Shown: positions 47,715-60,551, counted from the first letter of the stretch. The stretch is DNA of 64,000 nt from Marsupella aquatica (GCA_973895155.1 OZ316899.1:9236287-9300286); one strand, 5' to 3'. The notes: generated from the letters alone by a model not told the origin. Numbers and translations are program-made.

Positions 47715-50700
47715 TTTGGTCTAAACCGTGCTTAGCACATGCATTAGGGGTATCTTAGGCCGCTATGATTAGCATAACGATAGTATTTAGGTAGCCATTA
47801 TGAGTAGGAAATCATTAGTCAATAAGGGGAATTCATGTTCGGGCTGGCGGCGCGTCGCCATTCGCATGCCCAAGTTACGAGCGTGGGGGGGGGGCCCTCC
47901 CTCGGGTCCGTATAACGAACTTTGGGAGGCGTCCAATGACACGCGGTGACTCAGACCGGCGGAGTGGCCGGTACACTACAAGTGTGAACGGTTCAGCCTA
48001 TAGGCAACAAGGAGATGTCGGGGGATCGACAAGCCCTCAAGGTATAAAAAGGGAGCCGACCCTTTGTAGTGCACCAGTCCATCAGTCCACGCGCCAGCTT
48101 CGACCCCAGCTCTCTCGTTCTCTCTTAGTCGCCACTACTATCTCCTCTGAATGTCGCACACGATCCTCTCCAGTTCGGCCATTCGATTCTGGACGCAGTT
48201 CCTATCTACCGGAAGACACTTGGCCGACTCATTGAAACACGCCAACCCGCGCCGATATAAAATCGAACGCGAGTACAAGAGAGCCATCCGCCTAGCAGGA
48301 CGACACCACTACATCCTTAACTTTGACTACCCGTCTCAGAGCGAGCTTTACCAACCAGCAGAGGTATCTGGGTACTTCTTCAACGGAGACAAATATATCG
48401 GTTTCTAGGAAGCATTGCTTCGACTTCCGGAAGAGGTCTTCAATATCCCGGGTACGATCGACTTGCAACGACATTACTTCGGCCACATCCTTGCTCAGGT
48501 TCGGGCTATCATCAACAGCGAGTCCATCACTACCCGTTCAACAAGGTCGTTCGCACTTGCTTCAGAGAACTTCTACCAGCACCTGCAGAGCTTCATGGGA
48601 ACTAGACCCGCAACCGCCGGCGCCAGCCCAGTGGACCCCATACCCGTACCCGCACCAACGTAGACTCAGACTCAGGCTCAGGCTCAGCTTCAGTCTCAGT
48701 CTCAGTCTCGGCCTCAGCCTAGCCAACCCCCACCACCGATCGCCCCACCAGCCGTACAAGTATGCTCCGTCATCAACGCTGTGGACCTTAGCGACAACGA
48801 CGAGGCTACCCCACCCTTGCTCAGGCGGCCCAGAGGAGCAAACACTCAGGGGGCCGACACTACATCCTCCCCTCCCCATGCTCAGACCCAAGGAGCGGCT
48901 CCAGCAGACAACACGGTGACAGTGGCCGCCCCGGGACCAATACTAGCGGCGGTAGCACTACCTATGCCCGATCGAGAGGATGGGGAGGTGTCACCTTCCC
49001 TGAGCCAGTCACGGGGGAAGAAGAGGAAGGAACCCGCCACTACATCCGGGTTACCATTGGCCACGGTAGCCGTGGCCAAGGTGACAATGCACCGCATGGG
49101 GGAAAACGTGCATAAGAACATCCTCCATCCCAAGCATGCGGTGTACCTGAAGACTCAGGGATTCGAGCACCTCGCCTCTCTCCCCTGGAACACTTGCAGG
49201 TACTATAGGGAGGACATGACGGAATTCGTCAAGAATTACAATGACGCACGTCAACATACTCGGCTGCGGGGAAGGAATATGTCCCTCACGGAAGAACGAC
49301 TCAAGATGATCTTCGGATTACCCGAAGGTGACCATCGAGTCGAATCACGGGCTCCCGGGGGCAAGGGAGCCAAGTACCAATCCTCGAGGTTTCCCTCAGA
49401 GGGAGCAGTGGACAACGGGTTTGTGCTGAGGACCTGCCTCATCCCCGAGATAGCTGAGCGACTGGAGTTCCAAAGGTACGCCCTCCACATGATGGAACCC
49501 CGGGGGGAGATCTCCGCCGCCCAGGTTATCCAGGTCAAGAACTATCGACCTAGGAAGTGGGCGTCGTACTTCGCTAAGAAATTCCATGAAGAGATGGAGT
49601 GGCGAAGGAAGACGCTGTACATTGGCGGGAAGGCGTACTTCGCTAGCCACATCGAGATCATTCTTGAGTGGTGCGCTCGGTTTGATTGATGAACCCTTCC
49701 TCGTGTCAACATTACAAAGCTGGTCCCAGCTAGGTGGGTTTTCCCGGCCTTGGAGAGACTGCCCCAACCCGAGGCCCGAAGTCCAGCGGACACGCAAGCT
49801 TCACCCACCCCACCCCCACAAGTAGCTATAGTCGTAACCGAGGAGGTACCGGATGGGTCGGTTATCGCAACCGTAGATGCGATCCAACAGGCCGGGCTAA
49901 GTACAGAAGTCGGTACAGCGGAGGTCTTACTCGAGCCCGGGTCTCCCAAAGACCCACCGGTGGCTATTCCGGAGAACCGGACATTGCTGCAGGAGGACAC
50001 TCCAGCCCCTTCCAACATTACGTCCCCAAGGCTGGATGTCACTGCCCCAGCCCCCGCGCGTGTTGACGTCTGCCCGTGCCCAACTCTGGACAGGCACAAC
50101 CTGGACCACCCGAAACTCTTCGTACCGGGTACATTTCTGAACGGGCTTCTGCGAGATTTCTCTCATCAAATTTCCCGGGATACCGGGGAGTTCATGGCCC
50201 GGAAGGTAGCCTGTTTCTTCAATCAGGAGTTAGTTGCCGCACTAAAGGCAGGTCGGGCCCAGTCAGAGGCCCTTCAGAGGATAGAGCAGTACCGGGTGGA
50301 GTCTGTATACTTAAAGAACGAAGTTGCGGCTCAAGAGGTTGAGCTTCTGCAACTACGACCCAAAGTTGCAGCCGCCGATGATTTGTTAGCAAAGGCGCAC
50401 GCCCTTACCGCCCTAGCCGAGCAGGCCAAAGCTGGGAACGAGGCCGAGATTGCACAACTCCGGAACCAGATTGACAGTTTGAAGAATCAAACTGTCATCT
50501 GGCAGAAGGACCTGGAGGAGGCCGAAGAACAGGCCCAGCGGGACACTGTGGAGATAGCCACGCTACAGGCCGAAGTGGCACGGCTCCAAACCGAAGCCGA
50601 GAAGCAGGACCAGCTGGCGGGCAAGCTGACGAGCGACGCCCAGCAGTTGGAGGAGGCATGCTAGGAGGCAGCGGAGGAGACAGACGCGGCGAAGCGAGAG

Positions 50701-51708
50701 AACGAATCTCTGCTGGACCAGGTCCAGCTCCTCAAGGCGGACAACGACAGACTTCGTAAGCAGCGGGATGGCCGCTTCCACTCGGGCGGCTCTGGCAAGC
50801 GTGCCAAGCATTAGCGGCGGAGTAGGAATAGAATAGGGTTAGGAGTAGCTAAGTCAGGCTATTGGGACAGGCACCTGCCTTAGTTACCGCAGCACTGCCA
50901 TGTTGTCCAGCCTGCGTAGATTAGGATCTTCTAATAAGACACAGCCATTTTCGGCCTGACGGTCAGATTAGTTAGGACCTAAGTCAACGAATCTTCGGGC
51001 GGGAGGACACTCCGTTCCCTGGCCCTTAGGATTTAGTGCACCCCTCGGTAGAGGCAGGGGGGGTTTTTAGTCTCAGAGTTGGACACCCGTGGTATGCGCG
51101 GGGAGTCCCCACCTCTGAGAGTGGAAGAGTACCAAGGGAGGGAGTGGGACTAAGCTCGTCGGGCGAGTGCGGAGCCGGGCTCCGTTGTAGTGTACTCCCT
51201 CGGCCTTGAACCTGTTCATTCCGGAGCTGTCGGGTCAACCAAGTGTACGCATATGTCCCCTATGTAGTAAAATCCTTTCCCTAATTTCCTTCGTGTAAAT
51301 CAAGATTGTATGCTTGTGCGCGTGTATGTGTGTGTGAATCTCGTGTATAGGTGACAACGCCGGGCCGAACGCACTACCCGAGTCGTGCACGGGGTGCAGC
51401 TTGCGGGTATGTGGTTGCGAGCACGGGTTGAGGACCTATATCATTGAAACCGGATCGAAGGCGGATAACACGAAGGCTTAGAAGTCCTTAAGCCGGGGTC
51501 GATCCTGTTATCGACTAAGGTATGTTCCGGCGGCGGAACACAAACCATACCTAGGAGATGTCCGTATCTAACTGTAGGCGCACTTAGCACTAGTTTACGT
51601 GAATTAGGTGCATTGCGTTCTTCCCTCCCTGCCCGAACCCTCATATTTACGAAGGATGTGCCCGTTTAAGCTGAAGCCCGAGTTAAGGTCAAGGCTGATG
51701 ACGTGACA
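47682..51708 (+). repeat. 3' LTR of gypsy family B (4027 bp)
   Basis: Follows the purine tract AAGCAGGGAG-CTA; TG...CA termini. Confidence 0.95.
48151..50814 (+). pseudogene. LTR-encoded accessory protein (3' LTR copy; 887 codons when read through stops): PMD-like region plus coiled coil
   Basis: ORFs 48151, 48415, 48781 and 49750 are in one frame ending at TAG 50812-50814. Stops are mostly sense codons in the other LTR. Confidence 0.8.
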
Positions 51709-51743
51709 ATATCATATATAGCGGAGTTCATGTCAAGCAATAC

Positions 51744-51974
51744 CTGGCGAGCTGAATATCCCGGTAAATCACCCTCATGTCGACCATAGTTTTCGATGTG
51801 TTCAATGGATTGCCACGCTTGACGAACCACCAGTCCTTTACATCTAAGACACTAGCATGGAATAGGGCCTAATGGAGGGGGTGCTCGAGGCTGTTGAGGG
51901 GGAGGAGGAATGTCCCCCTCAGAGGAAGACAAGTCAGAGTCGGAATCTATATCCAAACTCTTAGAAGTCGACAT
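51744..51974 (-). pseudogene. Shared exon 1 of CACTA copy 2
   Basis: MSTSKS...PIPC*CLRCKGLVVRQAWQSIEHIENYGRHEGDLPGYSARQ|gt, 231 nt. Confidence 0.8.
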
Positions 51975-53039
51975 TGTCTGCCAATTACACACAAACAAGT
52001 CTTTACCAAAATGCAAGATTGATTCATCACCCTAACTTGAGGTAAACCCAAACAGGAAATATATAGTATGTTAATAATTTGCAGTGTTGGACTTAATTAG
52101 TACCTGAATGATATCCGCGCTCTACAGTGCCTACTAGGCTCTAAGCCTTAGACTATATGCTAAGGCCAATCCAAACAAACCTGCACATACAGGCTAGGTG
52201 GGGAAGTTGAAAGATGAGATGACATACATGCAAACCTAAGTAACAAACCAATAATTAATGAAATTAATAAAAATCAATGACAAGTTGGATGTCCAATTAT
52301 AAACTCCCACAAGTAACGCATATATCATGTCAAATATTTCCAATACATTTTGGAGGATCATATATGTCATACCTTTTGGATGCGCGTACTCTCATTGTGC
52401 ATAATGCATTGGCAAAAATAAACCCTACTAAGAAAACCAAGGAAAAGCAACGACCCAACCCTCCAAAAACAAAAAATACAAAACTGCACAAAACGGCACT
52501 AGAGTGTTAATTTAATTTGTGACTTCTTATAGTCCCCAAACGTTGCACCATGCATATAGCATTGCCTCATGGTCAAAATGGGAATCATTTAAAATCAAAC
52601 TGAAAATAGATCTGGGTACATACATTCAATGATCATCCATACCCACCAAAAAATAGTGTGCTAGCTTTGTCACGGCAACTGTACGTTGATATGCCCGTTT
52701 TGCGCCGCACACCTAATAAGCCCACAATATAGCATAATTAACCCCCAACTAACATAAAGGGGGACATTATAGTATACATGAGATCCAAATGCCAAAGTCC
52801 AAATGCCAAGGTCATACAATTCACAAACCATTAGAAAATACATTGGGAGGGTTAAGTCCGATACTTTGGAGGAGGGGTCCGATACTTAGTCCGATTGACC
52901 TAGAATCGGGGTTTCCGATGCAGAAAGTATCGGACATTATGCATTTTGGGTTTTTAGGTCACCCGACTAAAGTGCAAAGGCACTCTAGTCGGGAGAAGCA
53001 TCGGGATCATTTCATGATACCTTTGCGGAGCTCGTAGCG

Positions 53040-55888
53040 ATGGAAGGGAATGCGGGAGGGATGGGAGATGGTGTCGGGCCATCAAGCAGCTATGGTGAAG
53101 TCATGGCTCAATAGTTTAGGGAGAAGGTGGGGCTCTCGCCGGAGGTTGCATTGCAGGTAGCTCAGCTCACTCAAGGACTGATCGACAGCTCCCAGAAGGT
53201 AGCCATCACTGATGCAGAAAAAGCTTTCCAAGCCAGACTCGAGGAGGAGAGATTGCAGAGGAAGAGGAAACATAACACTAGGGAGGACGAGAGAGAGAGG
53301 CCAGTGGAAGCCCTATCACCAAGACAAAAGGAGAAGAGCCTAAGGAGGGAGGCTCGGGCTGCAGAACGACAAAGAATTCAGGAGGAACGAAAGAAGGCAG
53401 AGGATAGGGCCAAGAGGCCAAAATTGTTTCTGAATGAGGGAGGTGCTCCACTCTCCAGGAGTTATCGTTTGTTTGGGAGTCAAGTTAGGCAGATTGTGAG
53501 GTCTCATTTTGGCCCGATGGACTACTGGGGGAAGAAGAAGCAGGATGAGAGATTTTGAATTCGAGAGCAAATCAAAGAGAGATTTTTGAATGGGTCGTTT
53601 GTGGACAATCGATTCTTAAACAAAAAGATCTCAGTCTCACTTGCAGACATGCAAAATCATGTACGAGAGAAGATGCAAAAGTACCTGGCTGAATGCAAAC
53701 TGGATGAGGAGGTGATCAGGAAAGGTGGAAGCCCAACTGGTGAGATTCATGAGGATGCTTGGTGTGCTTGGCTTGAAGAAGAGTTGCAGGTTTGAGCTTG
53801 GCAAGCCACACAACGTTGGGAAGCTGAAATTCAAGCAGCCCAGAAGAAGATTAAACAAGGAGAGATGGTGAATACTGCACCCATGCATCAAGAACTTGAA
53901 GAATGGTTAGCAAAATCAGCCCTGCTTGGAGACCCACCATCCTGGCTAATGAAAGCTCTGCTGAGAGTAACAAAGAGGCCAAAGGTTACTCACAGAATGG
54001 GGCAAGGCGGATCACAGCGTCTCAAGGCCGATTTTGTAAGTGCTCCATTCCCCTCCTCTCCATGCATTCCTTCAGCAGCATTCCTCCTCCCTAATCACCT
54101 GAGGCCAATTGACGAATGCCTAACCCTGCCAAACCCGGGACAGGTCTTTGTATGCCCATAGGTCGCTCGATCATGCCTTAGTTTTTTTTTGCTTTCGGCA
54201 TGTAAGGTCCGATTCTAGTCCGATCCTTTAAGTATTGGATGCAACATCGGACAATAAAAAAGAATCGGAACTGTCAAGGGTACCGATTCTACTAGTATTG
54301 GACATATTCAAATTTTTGAATAGTTTGTGCATGAACGGCTAAGTGTTCTTATGGGTCTTTGACGGTGAAGGGTTTATATAGGTGTTTAATTAGGCCAGGG
54401 TAGGGTTGCTATAATTGACCTTAGTATTGGGGTGGCATATGGTTTGGGTGTGTAGGAGAAAGAGCACGGACGACCATTGTTGCTGGCAGAGAGAGAGCTG
54501 GCAAAGGAGCATGGTGCTCGGGCGCTAAAGATTCACATGGACGACATGTTGGCCTCGGTAAGTGTGGATATTAGAATGATTTGAAAGATGGCTTCATGCT
54601 GGTACGTATGTTGCGGAATGACATATGGATTGGAGATTGTTACTATGTGCAAGATGAGTCAGGGGTGAGGAGGACTTGGAGAGTGAGGAGGATGGTGAGG
54701 GGGAGGAGGACGAGGAGGATGCGGAGGATGATAGTGCTTCGGAGGGAGTGTGGCCGAGGCTCCAGTACGAGGTTCTACTGGTGCGCATGGCCGGTCAGGA
54801 CCCCGAGAGAGTGGACGTCACCAGTCTGGTCGGGGTGTAGGTGGCTCCACTCGCCGGATGGAGCGTAGAGCAGGTGATATGCCTCCTTCTCGTCAGAGAT
54901 TAGCAGGTAGGAGTGGACGGAGTGAGTCCCAGGTTCCAGCCACAGTAGGTCACAACCAAGGGGTTCGTAGTGAGTCCAAAGTTCTAGCCACAGCAAGTGG
55001 TCGAGTGAGGACTGGCCCTGGTGTTGTACCAGGTGGTCTCGACAATGGGCTGGTGTTCATACTGGTCGTGTCATTGGCCAGTCAGGAGGTTCCGGCCGTA
55101 GTGGTGGAGGTGAGTCTCGCCCTGAGGGGGGTAGTGGTGGAGTTGTTGCACCTCGTCAGTTTAGGGCTGGCCCTGGTAGTGTACCAGCTGGTTCACGACA
55201 GTCCGGGGGAGGTCTTGGTGGTCATGTGCCCACACCATCTCCTGTTCATAGTGGTGGTGTAGGCATCCAGTCTAGAGGTTCCGGCCGTAGTGGTGGAGGT
55301 GAGTCTCGTCCTGAGGGGGGTAGTGGTGGAGTTGCTGCACCTCGTCAGTTTAGGGCTGGCCCTGGTAGTGTACCAACTGGTTCGCAACAGTCCTGGGGAG
55401 GCCTTGGTGGTCATGTGCCAACACCATCTCCTATTCATAGTGGTGGTGTAGGCATCCAGTCTAGAGGTGCCGGCCGTAGTGGTGGAGGTGGGTCTCGCCC
55501 TGAGGGGGGTAGTGGTGGAGTTGCTGCACCTCGTCAGTTTAGGGCTAGCCTTGGTAGTGTACCAGCTGGTTCGCGACAGTCCGGGGGGGGCCTTGGTGGT
55601 CATGTGCCCACACCATCTCCTATTCATAGTGGTGGTGTAGGCACCTAGTCGGGAGGTTCCCGTCATAGTGGTGGAGGTGAGACTCGGCCTGAGGGGGGTA
55701 GTGGTGGTGGTGCTGGAGGGGCTTCTTTCCATACTTGTGTCGGGGAAGGAGTGCCTTCCCATGGTTCAGGCGCATCTGGAGGTGGGGGAGTACCAGAGAT
55801 TGCTTCTGCACCTTATCCACATGACGATGGAGGCAGATCAGGTAGCCACGACCATGATGTGCTACCTAGTGTGTCAGCGGTAGAGACT
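53040..55888 (+). pseudogene. CACTA ORF2 / TnpA-like gene, copy 2
   Basis: Homologous to copy 1 (QLTQGLIDSS, KRPKLFLN, HRMGQGGSQRLKADF|gtaagt), followed by a small exon at ~54458-54558 and a Gly-rich exon. Confidence 0.7.
55075..55710 (+). repeat. Coding tandem repeat, 189-bp (63-aa) Gly/Ser-rich unit, ~3.3 copies
   Basis: GG(T/G)CCGGCCGTAGTGG-type anchor at 55088, 55277, 55466 and 55655. Confidence 0.9.
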
Positions 55889-58800
55889 TGTGATGCCTAG
55901 ACAGGAATCACTCGGCCAGTTAAGTGGGTAAAGCAGGAAGGCACCCTAGGAACACCTTAGTATAGGGACAAAACAAGGAAAATATAAGCAATTAGGGGCA
56001 ACCATGGAACCCGGGCCGAGGCCGGAGGTAAGGACGCTGAGGGTGAAAACCCGATTAGGGTTAGGGCGCGTTAAGCGTCGGCGGCTAGGAAGGATCAACG
56101 GGAAGAAGGACCGGCAGAGGAGAGGGGTAAGGAGCGCTTGCAGGAGATGGTGGCTCATTTGCGAGCACAAACTAGGCAGACGACTACGGGAGGCCAACTA
56201 CTGTCAGCTGCTTAGGCAAGCACTCGGGGAGAGAGTAGATACCGACGATCGACCTAAGGAGGGTATGAGCAACATCAATCAAGCGGCACATTTTTGGGGA
56301 TGCCTGTTCGAACGGGCAACTGAGTACATCAAGACTTACGAGGACGAGGAATCAGAAAGGGCAGCTCGAGAACGGCAAGAGCTCGCTCGATTGTGGGAGC
56401 TGCAGAAGACGGCTTTCTTAGGAGGCGAACTCATCAAGGACGAGTTCCTGTGGACGCCTACTTCCAATCAACTCGACGATCTTCTGTTTTGCAAAGACAG
56501 CGTCGTCGGCATCCGAGAGGCCATCAAGAACTGCAACGACATACACTGGGAATTAAAGGGAAGCACGGAAAGGTGGACCCAGGCAACGGTGCTAGGAGAA
56601 ACCTCCACGGCAGCAGAGATGAAGAGGAAGGGAGCCGTCAACGATGAAGCCACCCCGGCAAAAAGAACGAGGTCGGCGGCACCAAAGAAGCCAGCCGAGC
56701 AGCAGAGCAGGAGGCAGGGAGAAGCCGAAGAGGAGGAGGTCGATCCCATCAAGGCCATTCCAACCAGGGATGACACCTGGAAGGGCTGGGCGGCAACCCT
56801 ACCGGTGGAGGTGCAACTACATTTTGCACGGGAGGAGGATGCATGCTTCACGGCCATGCAGACCAAGAAGTACCAAGGCTTCATGGCCGGATCCGGCTTA
56901 GAGGCCTTTGTAAGATTACCATGGCTGAAGCCGGAGGTACCGGAGTCAGACCTATTAGAATTCGTGGGGTCATGGGAACCCGAGACCAATTGCACGAGGA
57001 TATATGGGAAGGATTTCTATCTTACTCCCAAGGTAATTGCCGAAGTGTTTGGCTTGCCGATAGGCAATAAGACCAAAGTTGATACCAGGAAGACCTTGCC
57101 TGACAAGGAGTTCCGGTCGTTCCCTGGGCCATCAACGAAGAATGGCTTCTTCCGGAACACCTGCACCAACCCGCACATAGGAGAGATGATCGACTTCTTG
57201 CGGGTGACCATGCATTGTAACTTGCCGAGGGCAGAGATCGGCAAGGCACAGGTCTATCTGGCAGAAAGGCCAGACCCAAGTCGGGACTACAACGGGTACC
57301 TCCTCAACCAATTGAAGAAGATCTTAAAGGAGGAGCAGCAGGTAATCGGCATGGGGAGCGTGTCGCGGCTTGGCTATCACATGCCGCTGTTGTGCCGGTA
57401 TGCCAGAGGTCAGACTTTTGCCCCTGTACTTCCCCTGCAGGTAAGGGCACCCGAGGAAGCTCCAACGCCGAGGCCGTTGGCTGAGAAGCCTCAACCACCT
57501 GTTAGCCCTACGATCGAGCAGGTGTTTAGGCCCAGGAAGGAGGACTTGCCGATGCAGCAACTAGGCATGCAGAGTCTGTTGAAACTACTGGAGAAAGAAA
57601 AGAAATCGGCATCGGCAACAACAACGGCAACGGCAACAATGCAGGACACTACTACAGAGGTAGGCCTACACCGGCTCACAAGAGAAAACCCCTTTGCTGG
57701 AGACAAGGAGAGAATCAGGCCGGAATCCAAGCCAGGTGTTCGAATGTACGTGGGAACCTCAAGCTCCGAATCTGAGGCAGAATTGCCTGAAGCTCTTACC
57801 GACGAAGAGGAGAGGGAGAAGCCGGATGTCCAAGAGGTAGAGGAGGCAGTGGAGGACTGCAGCCATGATAATTCCAGCTATGGGTCGGACCATCACGTTC
57901 CAGGAGTAAGGACCTGTGGCCGGTTTGTCCCCACACTTCCAAGGGTAGTGCGAGGGGACCCCAACCAGCAGAGTAGCCCTGAGTCTCCCCCACCAGATGT
58001 TGCTCCCCCGAGCTTCGACGGCATAAAACAGACGGTGCAGGAATTTCAGGAGCGAATCAGGCAGGAAGAGGAGGCAGCCCTGGCTAAGGAAAAGGATTTA
58101 CCAGGAGGAGATTGGCCGGAGGACATCAGGCGGCTAGCCAAAAAAGGAAGCAAACCTCTAGCCACGATTGAAGAGATCCGCAGGACGGCTTGGGAGCAGA
58201 GGCCGCGATGGGCGATGCCGATCACTTCTACTTACTCCACCTACGCTAAGAATAGAGCCATGGAGTATGGTGAGATGTGTGGGGAACTTGCGCTCGGCAT
58301 CTTTGGAGAGGAGTTGGAGGTAGGACCCTTTTTCCATAGGGAGCAGTTGGAGAAGCACCAATTAGAAGAAGCGGTGGCTTTAGAGAGAAGCAAGAAGGAC
58401 GAGGTCATTCGGCGGCTTAGGAGGATGGAAGCCGAGATTGAAGATCTAAGGGCGGCCAAGAAAGCCCAAGATGAACTGCGGATTAAACGACATGAGCTGA
58501 ACATCATGCAGGGGCAGTTGGACACCGCGCAGGCTGATAATCAGAATATCAAGGATAAACTGACTCAGACGCAGGGAGAGTTGGCCGACACAATCAAAGA
58601 GAGGGAGAAGTGGAAGCAAGAGCTGAAGAATACAGAGGAGGCCCACATAACAGCCAACAGCCGGGCCATGGCGGAGACCCAAAGAAAGGAATGGGCGTTG
58701 AAAGGGGAGCTCGAGAAAATCCGCGGAGCCCTTGAGCAGAAGGAGGCCGAGTTAGGGAAATCCTATCAAGGGATTATGGCGCTGCAGCAGGAGCTTGCGT

Positions 58801-60551
58801 CCCTGACGGCCAACTTCAAGGCCGACCTAAGGGAGAAGGACGAGATGCTCGAACAGACTTACGCCAAGATGAACCAGATGGAGTCTGTCATCATTGCAGA
58901 GCTCGACAAGGAGCTAAGAGCAACCCAGGTGGAGAGGACTACCTTGAAACAAGAACGGGAGGAAGCCCAGAAGGAACTAGAGGAGGCGCGCAAGGACCTG
59001 GATGAGACCTAGGAGGAGTTGGAGGAAATCACGAGGAAGATGGAGAACCTCCAGCGGCGGGCCGACAACCAAACGGAGCGGCTGAAGAAACAAGCCGCAG
59101 TATTTAAGTGCTTGTCTTCATCAGGCCCAACTCCAATTGGGGCAACCAAGTTACCAGGAGTGGTACTGGCCGAAGAAAAAGCCGCGCCAACTGCACCAGT
59201 GCTGGAAGTAAGTGGGAAGGGGAAGGGACCAGCTGCCGAACCAGAAAAGAAGAAAAAGCGGAAACCTTCAGGGTCAAGGAGTAATCCGACTCCACAAGCC
59301 GTGGTGACCAAAGAGGTAGAACCAGCACCATCCTCCGGCATGAATACAACAATATATCCCGCTATCATCACAGGTGGGGGTGGTGCGGCCCAAGCCGAAC
59401 TACTCAGTAATGAGGCCGGTATTCCAGATCCGCCTCTTGAGCAGGCCGGGGAGACCGTAGCCGAGGCTGAGGCCGTAACCGATTCCTGAGCCGATGCCGA
59501 CGCCGATGGTGGACCCAGTCAGGCCGATGGAGAGTTGACTCAGTCAAGGGCAGGTAATCTGTCAGGGAATGAGCCTACGGCAGTGGCTGAGGAGGAAGCG
59601 TTGGGGGCGTCCATTAAGGATCCACCACCGGTGTCGTGACGGTGCAAGGGCGCCGTTCCTTTTAGGGAGGGCGGACGTGGAGGGAGGAGGCGTGAGTGGG
59701 CAGGGCGGGCGCGGATCTCCACGTTTAGGATTAGGATCAGAACCAGGAGCGGCCCTGACACTTAGCTTAGTGGGATTGCGGTCCCACTGGTAGGAGCAAC
59801 ACTTGTGCTCCTGCCTTGCTGTACATAGGTAGATTCGGGCAAGTAGATTACTGTTAAGTAGATTAGGCTTACGATGCAAAGAATGGCGGATCCACTACCA
59901 GGATAAGTACCTGGGCAGCGGGGAGCTCAGGGCCTCTTCTTTAGCAAGTTTTTAGTTTGCACCAGCCGGGCTGGGATCAAGTAGTACGAGAAGCTCTCGG
60001 TTAGTCATACAGTGACCCTTGTGTATATTCATGTTTCCTCATGCCTAAGAGTTGAATAGAGTTTGCCTCACGGCTTAGTTCGCAGAACTTGTGTATGAGA
60101 TGTACTGTTTGTATGGCAAGTGCATGGTATGACTCAGTCAGAATGAGTCATTTTGCTATTTGTGTGTCGCATTAACTTGTGTGAAGAGTGCCCACATCAA
60201 CCAGAAGGAAGGAAAGTAAGCAGGGGAGTGAGAGTTGGATGTGTCGAGCTGAGAGAGGTCTTAGCGGCTTAACCAAGCCTATTGGGGATCATTCCGGCGG
60301 CGGAATCCAAACATACCTAATAAGACGGAGGGGAAGACAGGGGAAGGCCTAGATTAGGCCGGCTACGTATCTCATGACCCGATGAAGGATCTGTCCAGTA
60401 TATGTGTGTAAAATGTTAATAGTAGTAGTAGAAGGTTAGCAGCGTCCCATGCCGCTAAGCCGCGGAAACGGCCTCGCCAAGCGCGAAACCCGCGGGAATC
60501 GGCTTGAGCTGGGGGGTTTCTTGGGTTTAGGGAGCCATGGGACGCACCACA
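55889..60551 (+). repeat. Putative 5' LTR of family C (~4.66 kb)
   Basis: Bounded by TG..CA inverted ends and the PBS. The second LTR is not in the window. Confidence 0.75.
56004..59489 (+). CDS. LTR-encoded accessory protein, family C (1002-aa ORF plus in-frame continuation): PMD-like region, acidic region, long coiled coil
   Basis: GLEAFVRLPW..DLLEFV..IYGKDFYLTPKVIAEVFGLPIG aligns by eye with GFEHLASLPW..DMTEFV..LRGRNMSLTEERLKMIFGLPEG of family B. TAG at 59010 is followed by in-frame sense codons. Confidence 0.75.

Larger units (their letters stand above)
35143..51708 (+). mobile_element. Full-length Ty3/gypsy (non-chromovirus, Athila/Phygy/Selgy-like) with 4027-bp LTRs (family B), inserted in CACTA intron 1
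   Basis: LTRs at 35143-41578 (4027 bp after removing the nested solo LTR and its TSD) and 47682-51708. TSD GTATC/ATATC (4 of 5 match). PBS, gag-pol and PPT present. Confidence 0.95.
29917..55888 (-). mobile_element. CACTA (En/Spm) DNA transposon, copy 2, nested in copy 1 in opposite orientation (other end beyond the gypsy insertion at 55889)
   Basis: Terminus CACTGGTACATATTTT at 29917 with TCGGA subterminal repeats to ~30360. Same gene order as copy 1. Confidence 0.9.

Noticed and set aside
56004-59012. LTR ORF as an env-like or host coiled-coil gene
   Set aside because: No signal peptide or transmembrane segment is evident, it is intronless, it lies between the LTR start and the PBS, and it is homologous to the family B LTR ORF.
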